Of a stretch of DNA of 64,000 nucleotides, positions 1 through 9,041 are shown piece by piece. Where the stretch lies: contig CAYUQR010000001.1 in assembly GCA_964446825.1 (NCBI GenBank), positions 94,767 through 158,766 of the forward strand. The letters are read 5' to 3'. The notes below the pieces were generated by a model that saw nothing but the letters and a program-made list of their open reading frames with translations, did not search any database and was not told the origin of the DNA. Every line of letters starts with the position of its first letter. Position 1 is the stretch's first letter. The position numbers and the translations under genes are program-made. This DNA is from an uncultured Rikenellaceae bacterium (GTDB lineage Bacteria > Bacteroidota > Bacteroidia > Bacteroidales > VadinHA17).

Positions 1-1749
1 ACATCTTTACCGGATGATAATGAGTACTTCTCAAAAAATCTGGTTGGCACCTTTAATCCTGATCAGTTTGTAATAATTAAAAAAGAAATAGGTGAAATTA
101 TATTATACAGGAACAGCATCCCTATCAAATTCATGGGAGAAGATGCAGTCATGGAGATTCTGATAGATGTAACAATGCTTGAGTCGGCACGAAAACAGGA
201 GGCTAAAGCCAATGTCGCCAAAACAGAATTTCTTGCAAGGATGAGTTATGAGATAAGAACCCCGCTTAACGGAATAATAGGAATGACAGATGTTCTTTAC
301 AGATTCGGCCTGTCTCCCGAGATAATGGAAATAGTAAGCCTGTTACGACGCTCTACCGAGGTTCTTCTGAATATAATAAACGACATTCTTGATTTTTCTA
401 AAATAGAATCAGGCAAAATGATTCTTGATGAAATACCTTTTAACCTGAGGGAAGAGATTACATATTGTTCGGATCTAGCCAGGACAAATATGCTGCAAAA
501 CAAGATCGGACTGGAGGTTTCAGTTGATGAAAACGTTCCGGAAAGTATTATTGGAGATCCTTTCAGACTGAGACAGGTGATCACCAACCTTCTCAACAAT
601 TCAATTAAAAACACTGAAAAAGGTAAAATAAGGCTCAGATGTATGCTGAAAAGCAATAATAGCGGAATAATAACTCTTGGTTTTGAGCTTCTGGATACAG
701 GTAAAAGGTATGATAAAGCAAGCCTGAAAAAAATATTCGGTGACTTTGTGAATATTGAATCCCAATCTGTCAGGTCTAGTGAAGAATCAAACTTCAGTAC
801 AATTCTGGCAAAACAACTGGTTGAATTGATGGGAGGAGAATTTTCAGCAGAATGTCCCTCAGGATTATCTGGTGAAATGGGGACGAAAGTGACCTTCACA
901 ATAATGACCTATTCCAACGACAGGCAAATAAAAAATCTTTCACTCGAAGAAATCACCACATTTAACAGTGTCAGAGCTCTTGTTATTACCGGAACTCAAA
1001 AACGTGATGAGGAAATTCTCGGAGCGTTACATAAGATGGGACTTATTGTTAGGGTCACGACTTACATGAAATCAACTGTGAACCAGATCAGGGAAAATTC
1101 GAATTATCCTAATGAAAAATATAACCTGGTTATAATATTTGATGATGAAAACTTTAACGGATTTGATGTCGCAAAGTCAATTTGGGATAACAAGCTTTCG
1201 GGGCACTTTATTATGATGATGATAACCAGCAATGATAAGAAGGGAAATTACATGAAATGTATCATGCTCGGGATTGACCATTATCTTATTAAGCCATTTG
1301 ATATCAGCGATCTGGTTAATGTAGTTAAGAATAGTTTTCCATTTATTGAGGATTCCGCTTCATCAATTGACATAGGAACGGAACGAAACAACATTAATAT
1401 CCTGATTGTTGAAGATAATAAAATGAATCAGAAAGTTATCGGCACAATGCTTAAATCTCTCGGGTATTCATTTGATATTGCTGACGACGGATATGCGGGT
1501 TATCTGCAGGCTAAAACCAGGAAATATGATCTGATATTTATGGATCTAATAATGCCCGAGATGGATGGCTACGAATCGGCACAAATGATCCTCAGTTATG
1601 ATAAATCGATATTGATAGTAGCATTTACTGCCGATAATATGCCAGAATCGAAAAGAAAAGCAGAAATGTCAGGCATTAAGGATTTTATATCAAAACCGGT
1701 CAGAATTGACGAACTTAAAAAGTTGTTTGCGAGGTATTTCAAAAACTAA
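1..1749 (+). CDS. Hybrid sensor histidine kinase / response regulator, 5'-truncated by the window edge (degenerate kinase core, degenerate first REC, intact C-terminal REC)
   Basis: Frame 1 is open from base 1 with no stop before the listed ATG at 133, so the gene starts upstream. HisKA-like box 'FLARMSYEIRTPLNG'; HATPase N-box 'ITNLLNNSIKNT'. C-terminal receiver 'ILIVEDN..DLIFMDLIMPEMDG..AFTA..SKP'. Confidence 0.85.
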   Translation, partial: TSLPDDNEYFSKNLVGTFNPDQFVIIKKEIGEIILYRNSIPIKFMGEDAVMEILIDVTMLESARKQEAKANVAKTEFLARMSYEIRTPLNGIIGMTDVLYRFGLSPEIMEIVSLLRRSTEVLLNIINDILDFSKIESGKMILDEIPFNLREEITYCSDLARTNMLQNKIGLEVSVDENVPESIIGDPFRLRQVITNLLNNSIKNTEKGKIRLRCMLKSNNSGIITLGFELLDTGKRYDKASLKKIFGDFVNIESQSVRSSEESNFSTILAKQLVELMGGEFSAECPSGLSGEMGTKVTFTIMTYSNDRQIKNLSLEEITTFNSVRALVITGTQKRDEEILGALHKMGLIVRVTTYMKSTVNQIRENSNYPNEKYNLVIIFDDENFNGFDVAKSIWDNKLSGHFIMMMITSNDKKGNYMKCIMLGIDHYLIKPFDISDLVNVVKNSFPFIEDSASSIDIGTERNNINILIVEDNKMNQKVIGTMLKSLGYSFDIADDGYAGYLQAKTRKYDLIFMDLIMPEMDGYESAQMILSYDKSILIVAFTADNMPESKRKAEMSGIKDFISKPVRIDELKKLFARYFKN

Positions 1750-1792
1750 ATATAAAATCCGCAGGTATAATTTCAGGAATCAGTTTTAGACT

Positions 1793-2830
1793 ATGGCTTT
1801 GAAGAAAATTGATGTGGTGAGCTTTCTGGGACTGGCTGAAAATATTCCTGTTATAGATGTCAGATCCCCGTCAGAGTTTAACTACGGACATATACCGGGA
1901 GCAAAAAATATTCCTCTGTTTGATGATACAGAAAGAGCTGTTGTAGGTACAAAATATAATAAAGAGGGAAGAACGCCCGCTATCCTTGAGGGCCTTAAAA
2001 AAGCGGGCCCTGGAATGTATTCCAAACTGGAAGAGGCTTTGAAATATGCTGAGGACAGGAAGCTGCTTGTTCATTGCTGGCGGGGAGGAATGAGATCGGA
2101 AGCTATGGCATGGCTCTTTTCATTAGGCGACATTGAAACTGAAATACTCGAAGGGGGATATAAAGCATATCGCAATCACATTCTTAACAGTCTTGCTGAA
2201 AAAAGAAAAATGATCGTTCTGGGAGGAATGACAGGAAGCAGCAAGACGCATATTCTCAGGTATATAAAGGAATCAGGCCGACAGGTTATAGATCTGGAAG
2301 GACTTGCTAATCATAAAGGATCTGCATTTGGTGCCCTGGGACAGCTGCCTCAGCCTACCACAGAACATTTTGCCAATCTTCTTTTTGATGAATGGGAAAA
2401 ACTGAATAGTAACTTTCCATTCTGGGTTGAGGACGAAAGTCGCAACATTGGTTCAGTATTCATGCCTGATGAGTTTTATTCAAATATGCAGGATACTCCT
2501 GCGATAATTCTGATAATGGATGTCAAAACAAGGTTACCACGATTATTAAAGGAATACACGGCATATCCACCTGAAGTACTCAAATCATCAATAATGAAGA
2601 TTAGCAAAAGACTGGGAGGCGATAATACCCGCGATGCCATTGATGCTGTGGATGAAGGAAATTTTGCAAAGGCTGTTGAAATAACCCTTTATTATTATGA
2701 CAAGGCTTATATGTTCGGACTAAAGAAAAAAAACAGCAAAAACATTATCATGGTAAATACCGATACGGATGATATTGAATCTAATGCCTTGAAAGTCATA
2801 GATGCTGCGGACAGATTAAGATGGACTTAA
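1793..2830 (+). CDS. selU: tRNA 2-selenouridine synthase (rhodanese + P-loop)
   Basis: N-terminal rhodanese domain with active-site 'HCWRGGMRS'. P-loop 'GGMTGSSKT' and 'DLEGLANHKGSAFG', typical of SelU/MnmH(YbbB). ATG at 1793. Confidence 0.85.
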   Translation: MALKKIDVVSFLGLAENIPVIDVRSPSEFNYGHIPGAKNIPLFDDTERAVVGTKYNKEGRTPAILEGLKKAGPGMYSKLEEALKYAEDRKLLVHCWRGGMRSEAMAWLFSLGDIETEILEGGYKAYRNHILNSLAEKRKMIVLGGMTGSSKTHILRYIKESGRQVIDLEGLANHKGSAFGALGQLPQPTTEHFANLLFDEWEKLNSNFPFWVEDESRNIGSVFMPDEFYSNMQDTPAIILIMDVKTRLPRLLKEYTAYPPEVLKSSIMKISKRLGGDNTRDAIDAVDEGNFAKAVEITLYYYDKAYMFGLKKKNSKNIIMVNTDTDDIESNALKVIDAADRLRWT

Positions 2831-4071
2831 GTTGTACGATCAACCCACTTATAGACTTTATCTGATCTTCTGAGAAAGTCAGGAGTCTTAATTGAACAGA
2901 GCTCTCCTTTCATGGCTTTTTCTGTTGATTCCAGGTCAACCCTGATCTCATCGATAACATATTCCACAACACCGGTTGTTGGTCCCATAATAAGAATAGT
3001 TTCTCCTTTTACAAGGTTCCCGTTTTCAAGTTTTATCTCAGCTACATTAAGTTTAGTAAAGTAATTGGTGATCTTGCCGAGATATAGCTTTCTCTTTGTT
3101 GCACTCGAACCATAATTTGTGTTCCATTCTCCTAATTTCTGACCAAGATAATAGCCATCCCAGAAACCTCTGTTAAAAACAGTTGAGAGTCTTTTCTTCC
3201 AGCCATGTGCTTTTTCTTTGCTAAAAGATCCGTTTCCTATGGCAATTATGGCTTCATTATAACATGATGTGACTTCTTTTACGTATTCGGCAGAACGGGC
3301 TCTCCCTTCAATTTTAAGAACCATTGCACCGGCATCAATAAGCTTATCAAGAAATCCTATTGTGCAAAGATCTTTGGGCGACATTATATATTCATTGTCA
3401 ATTTCAAGTTCATAGCCTGATTCTTTACCGGTGGCAATATATGATTTCCGGCAGGTCTGGTAGCACTCCCCCCTGTTGGCAGATTTATTATTTTCATGAA
3501 GGCTTAAATAACATTTTCCTGAAATGGCCATGCATAATGCTCCATGAATAAACATTTCAATTTTAATAGGTTTACCTGCTGGTCCGCGTATGTTCTGCTC
3601 TATGATACTCTTATGAATGTGCTTTACCTGATCGAGGTTCAGCTCCCGCGCAAGAACGACTACATCAGCCCACTGAGAATAAAACTTTAGTGATTCAATA
3701 TTAGTGATATTCAGCTGGGTGGAAAGATGAACTTCAATACCTTTTGAAAAAGAATAATTGATAACAGAAAGATCGGATGCAATAACAGCAGATATTCCAC
3801 TTTCCACTGCCGCATCAATTATCTGCTTCATCTGTTCAATCTCATTATCATAAACGACAACATTTATCGTCAGATAACTTTTCAGGCCATTCTTTTTACA
3901 GATTGAGACAATCTTCCTAAGGTCATCTATAGTGAAATTATTCGAAGAAGCTGCTCTCATATTGAGTTGCTCCACACCGAAATAAACGGAATCAGCACCG
4001 CCCTGAATTGCTGCCATAAGCGATTCATACGATCCTGCAGGAGCCATTATCTCAATATCTTTCCTGTTCAT
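2827..4071 (-). CDS. U32 family protein (collagenase-like peptidase / RNA hydroxylase family)
   Basis: 'IEIMAPAGSYESLMAAIQGGADSVYFG', 'EGRARS' and a Cys-rich 'CYQTCR' segment are typical of U32. The ORF-track start at 4092 is a TTG, so I prefer the ATG at 4071 (MNRKDIEIMAPAG). The stop overlaps the selU stop by 4 nt. Confidence 0.85.
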   Translation of the reverse strand: MNRKDIEIMAPAGSYESLMAAIQGGADSVYFGVEQLNMRAASSNNFTIDDLRKIVSICKKNGLKSYLTINVVVYDNEIEQMKQIIDAAVESGISAVIASDLSVINYSFSKGIEVHLSTQLNITNIESLKFYSQWADVVVLARELNLDQVKHIHKSIIEQNIRGPAGKPIKIEMFIHGALCMAISGKCYLSLHENNKSANRGECYQTCRKSYIATGKESGYELEIDNEYIMSPKDLCTIGFLDKLIDAGAMVLKIEGRARSAEYVKEVTSCYNEAIIAIGNGSFSKEKAHGWKKRLSTVFNRGFWDGYYLGQKLGEWNTNYGSSATKRKLYLGKITNYFTKLNVAEIKLENGNLVKGETILIMGPTTGVVEYVIDEIRVDLESTEKAMKGELCSIKTPDFLRRSDKVYKWVDRTT

Positions 4072-4092
4072 AACGGGCTGCAAATATAGCAA

Positions 4093-5346
4093 TTAGATTT
4101 TATCTTTGTTCATGACTATCCTGATGCATGAACCCTTGCCAACCTCGGAATGTCTGACAAAAATCTTACCATGATGATATTCTTCGATAATGCGTTTTGC
4201 AAGTGAAAGACCAACCCCCCAACCTCTTTGTTTTGTTGAGAAGCCGGGATTGAAAATTTTTTTGAATGCTGATTTGGGGATTCCTTTTCCTGTATCAGTA
4301 ATGTCAATTATTGCATTTTTATCCGTTTCCGCAATATGATATATTATATCTCCGCTGCCCTCCATGGCATCAATAGCGTTTTTTGATACATTTTCTATAA
4401 CCCATTCAAAAAGTGCAGAATTTACCGGGACAATAACTTCTTTATCAATAGTATAGTCGTTAATAAACCTGACTTTTGATGAGGTTCGCGATTTAAGATA
4501 TTCAACTGTTCTTGAAATTATCTCACTTATATTCTTATTTGTAAGCGCTGGTTTTGAGCCTATTCTCGAAAATCTCTCGGTAACTTTTTCAAGTCGTTTT
4601 ACGTCAAGGGCAAGCTCCCTTGTTATTGAAATATTTGGATATTTATGTTGTAAAATCTCTATCCAGCCGGCAAGCGATGATGTTGGCGTACCAAGCTGAT
4701 GCGCTGTCTCTTTTGACATCCCAACCCATACCTCGTTTTGATCAGCCTTGCGCGATGTGCTGAAAGCCAGATAAGAAACAAGAATAAAAAGAATTATAAT
4801 TCCAAGTTGGATGTACGGGTAGTAAATCAGCATGGTAAGTATAGTACTATCCTTGTAGTAAATCAGGTTATAATGCCCGTTTCCAAGGTTTATTACTATG
4901 GGTTTATTCTTCTCTTTTATTTTTTGGAGTTTCTTTTTCATGAACTTCGGATCCCCAATCCTTGATGCATCAAAATTGCCGGAGGAGATAATATTATCTG
5001 ATTCATCAGTAAGGATGACAGGCACCGTTGTGTTGTTATCGATAATGGAAGAAAGAAAATTGACGTCCTGGTTTGAATCGGATATTGATACCAGCCTGAT
5101 AGCTTCCGCCCACAATTCAACATTCTTCCTCTCTTCCGTTTTAAGCTTTGATACCAGGTAATCGGTGAATATAAGCGACCCCATGCCAATAATGACTGCA
5201 AAGAGCAGAAGGAACAATTTCCAGAGAGTTTTATGACGAAATATATTCAATATGTAAGATTTTGGTAATGAATTGTTATTACGTTGCACCTTCGCTATAC
5301 CTACCTCGCTCAAGCTATGTAGGTCAAAGAAAGCTTCGGTGCACAA
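4093..5346 (-). CDS. Membrane sensor histidine kinase (orphan)
   Basis: N-terminal TM segment, second TM, H-box 'ETAHQLGTPTSSL'. HATPase motifs 'NVSKNAIDAM', 'DTGKGIP', 'GWGVGLSLAKRI'. There is no in-frame ATG before the first TM; candidate starts are TTG 5346 or GTG/TTG further in, so the start is uncertain. Confidence 0.75.
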   Translation of the reverse strand: MCTEAFFDLHSLSEVGIAKVQRNNNSLPKSYILNIFRHKTLWKLFLLLFAVIIGMGSLIFTDYLVSKLKTEERKNVELWAEAIRLVSISDSNQDVNFLSSIIDNNTTVPVILTDESDNIISSGNFDASRIGDPKFMKKKLQKIKEKNKPIVINLGNGHYNLIYYKDSTILTMLIYYPYIQLGIIILFILVSYLAFSTSRKADQNEVWVGMSKETAHQLGTPTSSLAGWIEILQHKYPNISITRELALDVKRLEKVTERFSRIGSKPALTNKNISEIISRTVEYLKSRTSSKVRFINDYTIDKEVIVPVNSALFEWVIENVSKNAIDAMEGSGDIIYHIAETDKNAIIDITDTGKGIPKSAFKKIFNPGFSTKQRGWGVGLSLAKRIIEEYHHGKIFVRHSEVGKGSCIRIVMNKDKI

Positions 5347-5399
5347 AGTATTTTGTTATTTCGGTATTTCGTTATGGCGTATCATAGTTAATTCATTTG

Positions 5400-7985
5400 T
5401 TACTTCTTCTTTTTAGGTATGGTATCTGATGTTGAATAAGTGGTATCCGTATCATCCCATTTAATTTTGAATCGTGTTTTTTTCTCAACCGGTTTTGATC
5501 TGGCTGTTGTATCGGATTTAAACCATCCGTATTCCTGGTTCAGGATCGACTTTAAGTTTTGTCTTTCAGTTTTAATATTGGTTTTTACTTCACTGCCAAC
5601 TGCTTTCAGGTCATAGCTGACCTTGATATCATCTCCTTTATTTTCAACTTTTAATAGGAGAGAAGTCCGACCCAGACCATCATCTTCAACAGCCCCGAAT
5701 TCGGTAACAGGGATAAGCTTTTTCTTTCTTTTTTTGCTCAGAATTTCTGATAACAGCACCTTTACATGATACTCATAATCATTATCAAAACTATGTTTGC
5801 CATTTACTGACAGATCAGCCGCATTTGATTTTACATCCATTTGAGGTAAAAAAAGTACGTTGTTTCTTATAAAAAAATCATTCTTAAGCTGGTCGAAATG
5901 AATATTTTCAAGTTCTGAGAGTTCAATAAATGACGAAAGTTTTTTAACCGGATCGAAATTAAGAAGCGCTCCATTAACGAGGGTGAATTTTCCTTCAGCA
6001 TTAAGTGATTTAATCTGCGGATTCAGTAAAGAGTCAAGAGGGAGCAAAAGGGAAAGCGAACCAGACAACGTGCCGGCAAGGTTTTCAGCCTTTATAAAAT
6101 TCTGTCCGAAATTATGGAACACATTGAAGGCTTTATTTACATCAATGCCCGATACAGCAAAGCTTCCCCGTGTTATAATTGTTTTATCGATGTTTTGAAC
6201 AACGAATCCATTGCCTGAAATGGATCCTTTCAATGATCTTAGGTTAAGTGATTTAATGGTTAATAACCGTGGCTTGTAATTTAATGAACCTGTAATTGCG
6301 GATGAAGAAAATGCCTTATAGGTCAGACTGTCGATTTTGAAATTAATGTCAAGAAGGACATCACCCGGCAGTCTGACTGCTGTTTTTCGTGTATTGTGCG
6401 AATCCGAACCAGAAGAAACAGGGAAGAACGCTCCGGGGATCAACCTGTTCATTGATATATCGGCAGTTGCAGTCATCTTTACAGGCAAACCTGCAAGCCA
6501 CTCGGGAAGATTTCTGAATTCTCCGTCAATTTTTAAATCCTGCCCTTTATATATGAAATTTAAATTGTCAGCCTTTATAAGATCTGAAAAAGTCAAACTG
6601 CCATTAATTTTATTGAACAGCATCTTATTATCGTTAAAACCAATGTCGGAAGTATTAAAAAGGATATTACCTTCCGGCTTAAGCCTTGCAATATCAGCCA
6701 GAGTAATTTTGTCTTTCGGCCAATAGCCTGTAACAAGTTTCAGATCAACATCTACAGAACCATCTGCCGTTGAGAGGTCTTTAATATTAAAAAACTCTTT
6801 CATTTCTCCCGGGAAGACTCTTCCTTTGATCTTTAAATCATTTTTTGGATGATCAAAATCCGACAATAACCATGATCCGGTATATTCTCCCGATCCGAAT
6901 TTCCATTTAAGATCTTTTATTGAGAAGAAACTTGTTTCAAATTTGTCTTTTGGTCCGTTTGAAAGGAAACCATTAAATGATAGATCATTAATGGTAAGTC
7001 TGGAGTTTTTGTACTTAATATGACCTTTTTTCAGACTGCTGCTTATTTCAATGTGCGGATTGGAATTCCTTGTTAACAGACCTTTAATTTTGCAGTCGGC
7101 AACAAGAATACCTGACGGATCGTAATCGGCTGCCAGGCTGAGGTATTTCGCAGGCAGATATTTGGTAATGTTGGCTATATCTATATTATGGCCGCTAACA
7201 TTAAGATCCAGCATATTATCTGACGATACAAACCCGGTCAGGCCGAAATCATAATCTTCTACTGAAAGAGAACTTTTCTTAAACAGCACTCCTTTTTTGC
7301 TGCTTTGCAGTACCAGGTCAATATCAGCATTAATAGTCCTTGAAATCAATGTCCCGAATAGCTGAAAATGATTTATTTCCATATCCGCAACAGCGGTAAA
7401 ATCGATATTATCATTATGTATCCTGCTTTTAAGCTTTCCGTTTTTAACAATACCTTTTATTATTAATTTGACAGCCAGGTTATTATAATATGCTTTAATA
7501 CCGTGGACATTGATTCTTTCCAGGTTAATTGTAAGGTCATCTCCACCTGTTTTTTTATTCTTTTCAGAGATATCCCAATTCACAAAGCCAGCTGTATCGG
7601 TATAAAAGTTCATCCTGCCATCCCTGGCAGATATACTTTCAATGTTATAGCTTCCTTTTATAATATCTGTTATTTTGAACTCGGCCGCTACTTTTCTGGC
7701 CGCCAGAAGAGTATCGGTATTCCTCCCTGTAAAGGCCAATGAGTTGAAACCCGGAGATGAATGAACAAAAACGTCTTTAAGTTCAAGAGAAGCTTTCGGG
7801 AATCTTCTTAAAAATGACAATTTTAAAGATTTGTAATCAAATTTTGTTGAAATATTATCATTCAGAGATTTCAGGATTACATCTGCAACTTTATCCTGAA
7901 GCAGAAGTGAAGCTGAAAAAAGCAGCAAAGTGAGAGCTATTATCAGTATTAAGGCAATTCTTAATATTTTGAGTGCAAGTTTCAT
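5400..7985 (-). CDS. AsmA-like large envelope protein
   Basis: 861 aa with a single N-terminal TM anchor (ILRIALILIIALTLLLFSASLLL). Followed by a long beta-rich repetitive body and a K-rich tail, resembling the AsmA/TamB-like family. Confidence 0.65.
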   Translation of the reverse strand: MKLALKILRIALILIIALTLLLFSASLLLQDKVADVILKSLNDNISTKFDYKSLKLSFLRRFPKASLELKDVFVHSSPGFNSLAFTGRNTDTLLAARKVAAEFKITDIIKGSYNIESISARDGRMNFYTDTAGFVNWDISEKNKKTGGDDLTINLERINVHGIKAYYNNLAVKLIIKGIVKNGKLKSRIHNDNIDFTAVADMEINHFQLFGTLISRTINADIDLVLQSSKKGVLFKKSSLSVEDYDFGLTGFVSSDNMLDLNVSGHNIDIANITKYLPAKYLSLAADYDPSGILVADCKIKGLLTRNSNPHIEISSSLKKGHIKYKNSRLTINDLSFNGFLSNGPKDKFETSFFSIKDLKWKFGSGEYTGSWLLSDFDHPKNDLKIKGRVFPGEMKEFFNIKDLSTADGSVDVDLKLVTGYWPKDKITLADIARLKPEGNILFNTSDIGFNDNKMLFNKINGSLTFSDLIKADNLNFIYKGQDLKIDGEFRNLPEWLAGLPVKMTATADISMNRLIPGAFFPVSSGSDSHNTRKTAVRLPGDVLLDINFKIDSLTYKAFSSSAITGSLNYKPRLLTIKSLNLRSLKGSISGNGFVVQNIDKTIITRGSFAVSGIDVNKAFNVFHNFGQNFIKAENLAGTLSGSLSLLLPLDSLLNPQIKSLNAEGKFTLVNGALLNFDPVKKLSSFIELSELENIHFDQLKNDFFIRNNVLFLPQMDVKSNAADLSVNGKHSFDNDYEYHVKVLLSEILSKKRKKKLIPVTEFGAVEDDGLGRTSLLLKVENKGDDIKVSYDLKAVGSEVKTNIKTERQNLKSILNQEYGWFKSDTTARSKPVEKKTRFKIKWDDTDTTYSTSDTIPKKKK

Positions 7986-8174
7986 ATTATCAAAAAAGTA
8001 TCAACCGGCTAAATTTACAGTGCATAAAGTTAATTCATTTCAAGAAATAACTTCCTTTAATGGTTTAAGGTTAAAAACTCAGAAACCACTGAACTTATTG
8101 TTGGAAAGGTGAAAAGTTGAGCATACTCAGATACCTCTAAGTACTCCAGGCACTTTAGGCACTCCAACCTTCTA

Positions 8175-8942
8175 TTATTTTAAGTATTTGATATTATGAT
8201 TTTCGGGATTGTTAATTACAGAAAATGTATAGAATGTATTATTGAAGACATTAATCAGAAGGATCTTTCCTGATAAAACATTCCCTGTTCCGGTTAATAT
8301 TTTAATCACTTCATTAGCCATATAGGTTCCTGTTATCCCGGGAAGAACCCCGAACAGACCCACATCCGCAGGATGGGGGTTTTTATAGTCTGTATTTTTG
8401 GTTTGGGGGTTGTAGCACCTGTATGTTGGTCCTCCCTTATAGTTAAAAACAGCAACAATTCCTTCAAATTTATAAATTGATCCGTGCACCATGGGTTTAT
8501 CAAGAATAACACAGGCGTCGTTAATAATGTATCTCGTGTCCAGGTTATCAGTGGCGTCCACCACTACGTCATAATCCTTTAGAATATCCAGAGCGTTGGA
8601 TGAATCCAACCGCAGGTTGATTATTTCAAGTTCAACCAGTGAATTAAGATGTTCAAGCCTGTTTTTCGCTATAATTGATTTTAATTTTCCTACATCAGAA
8701 GATCCGTATAATACCTGTCTTTGAAGATTTGTTTCATCTACCATATCGAATTCAACAACTGAAATTTTACCGATACCGGCAACGGTAAGATATAGCAGTA
8801 CAGGACAGCCAAGTCCTCCGGCACCCACTATCAGAACCCTTGCATTTTTCAGTTTCTCCTGCCCTTTCAACCCGATTTCCGGGATCATTATCTGTTTATT
8901 GTAACGTCGGATTTCCCTGGGGGATAACAAATTGGATTCCAT
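8175..8942 (-). CDS. ThiF/MoeB/HesA family adenylyltransferase (E1-like)
   Basis: Rossmann motif 'VLIVGAGGLGCPVLLYL', 'NLQRQ' and 'DATDN' are typical of MoeB/ThiF. No C-terminal rhodanese domain. Confidence 0.85.
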   Translation of the reverse strand: MESNLLSPREIRRYNKQIMIPEIGLKGQEKLKNARVLIVGAGGLGCPVLLYLTVAGIGKISVVEFDMVDETNLQRQVLYGSSDVGKLKSIIAKNRLEHLNSLVELEIINLRLDSSNALDILKDYDVVVDATDNLDTRYIINDACVILDKPMVHGSIYKFEGIVAVFNYKGGPTYRCYNPQTKNTDYKNPHPADVGLFGVLPGITGTYMANEVIKILTGTGNVLSGKILLINVFNNTFYTFSVINNPENHNIKYLK

Positions 8943-8975
8943 TTAAAATAAATTTTTATATAATGCAAATATACG

Positions 8976-9004
8976 GTAGAGCCGGCCAATTTGGCCGGCT
9001 CTAC
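8976..9004 (-). terminator. GC-rich perfect hairpin downstream of the sigma/anti-sigma/barrel operon
   Basis: GTAGAGCCGGCCAATTTGGCCGGCTCTAC forms a 12-14 bp perfect stem. It lies 38 nt after the stop of 9042..9983 (-) and before the ThiF-like start. The flanking U-tract is weak. Confidence 0.6.
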
Positions 9005-9041
9005 AATGCAAAAAACAAATTTATTTTATGGAATGAAAATA

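Noticed and set aside
297-899. 200-aa ORF antisense to the hybrid kinase gene
   Set aside because: It lies entirely within and opposite a gene with clear HisKA/HATPase motifs. Its composition is low-complexity Ser/Leu/Ile-rich with no recognisable motif, so it is probably a shadow ORF.
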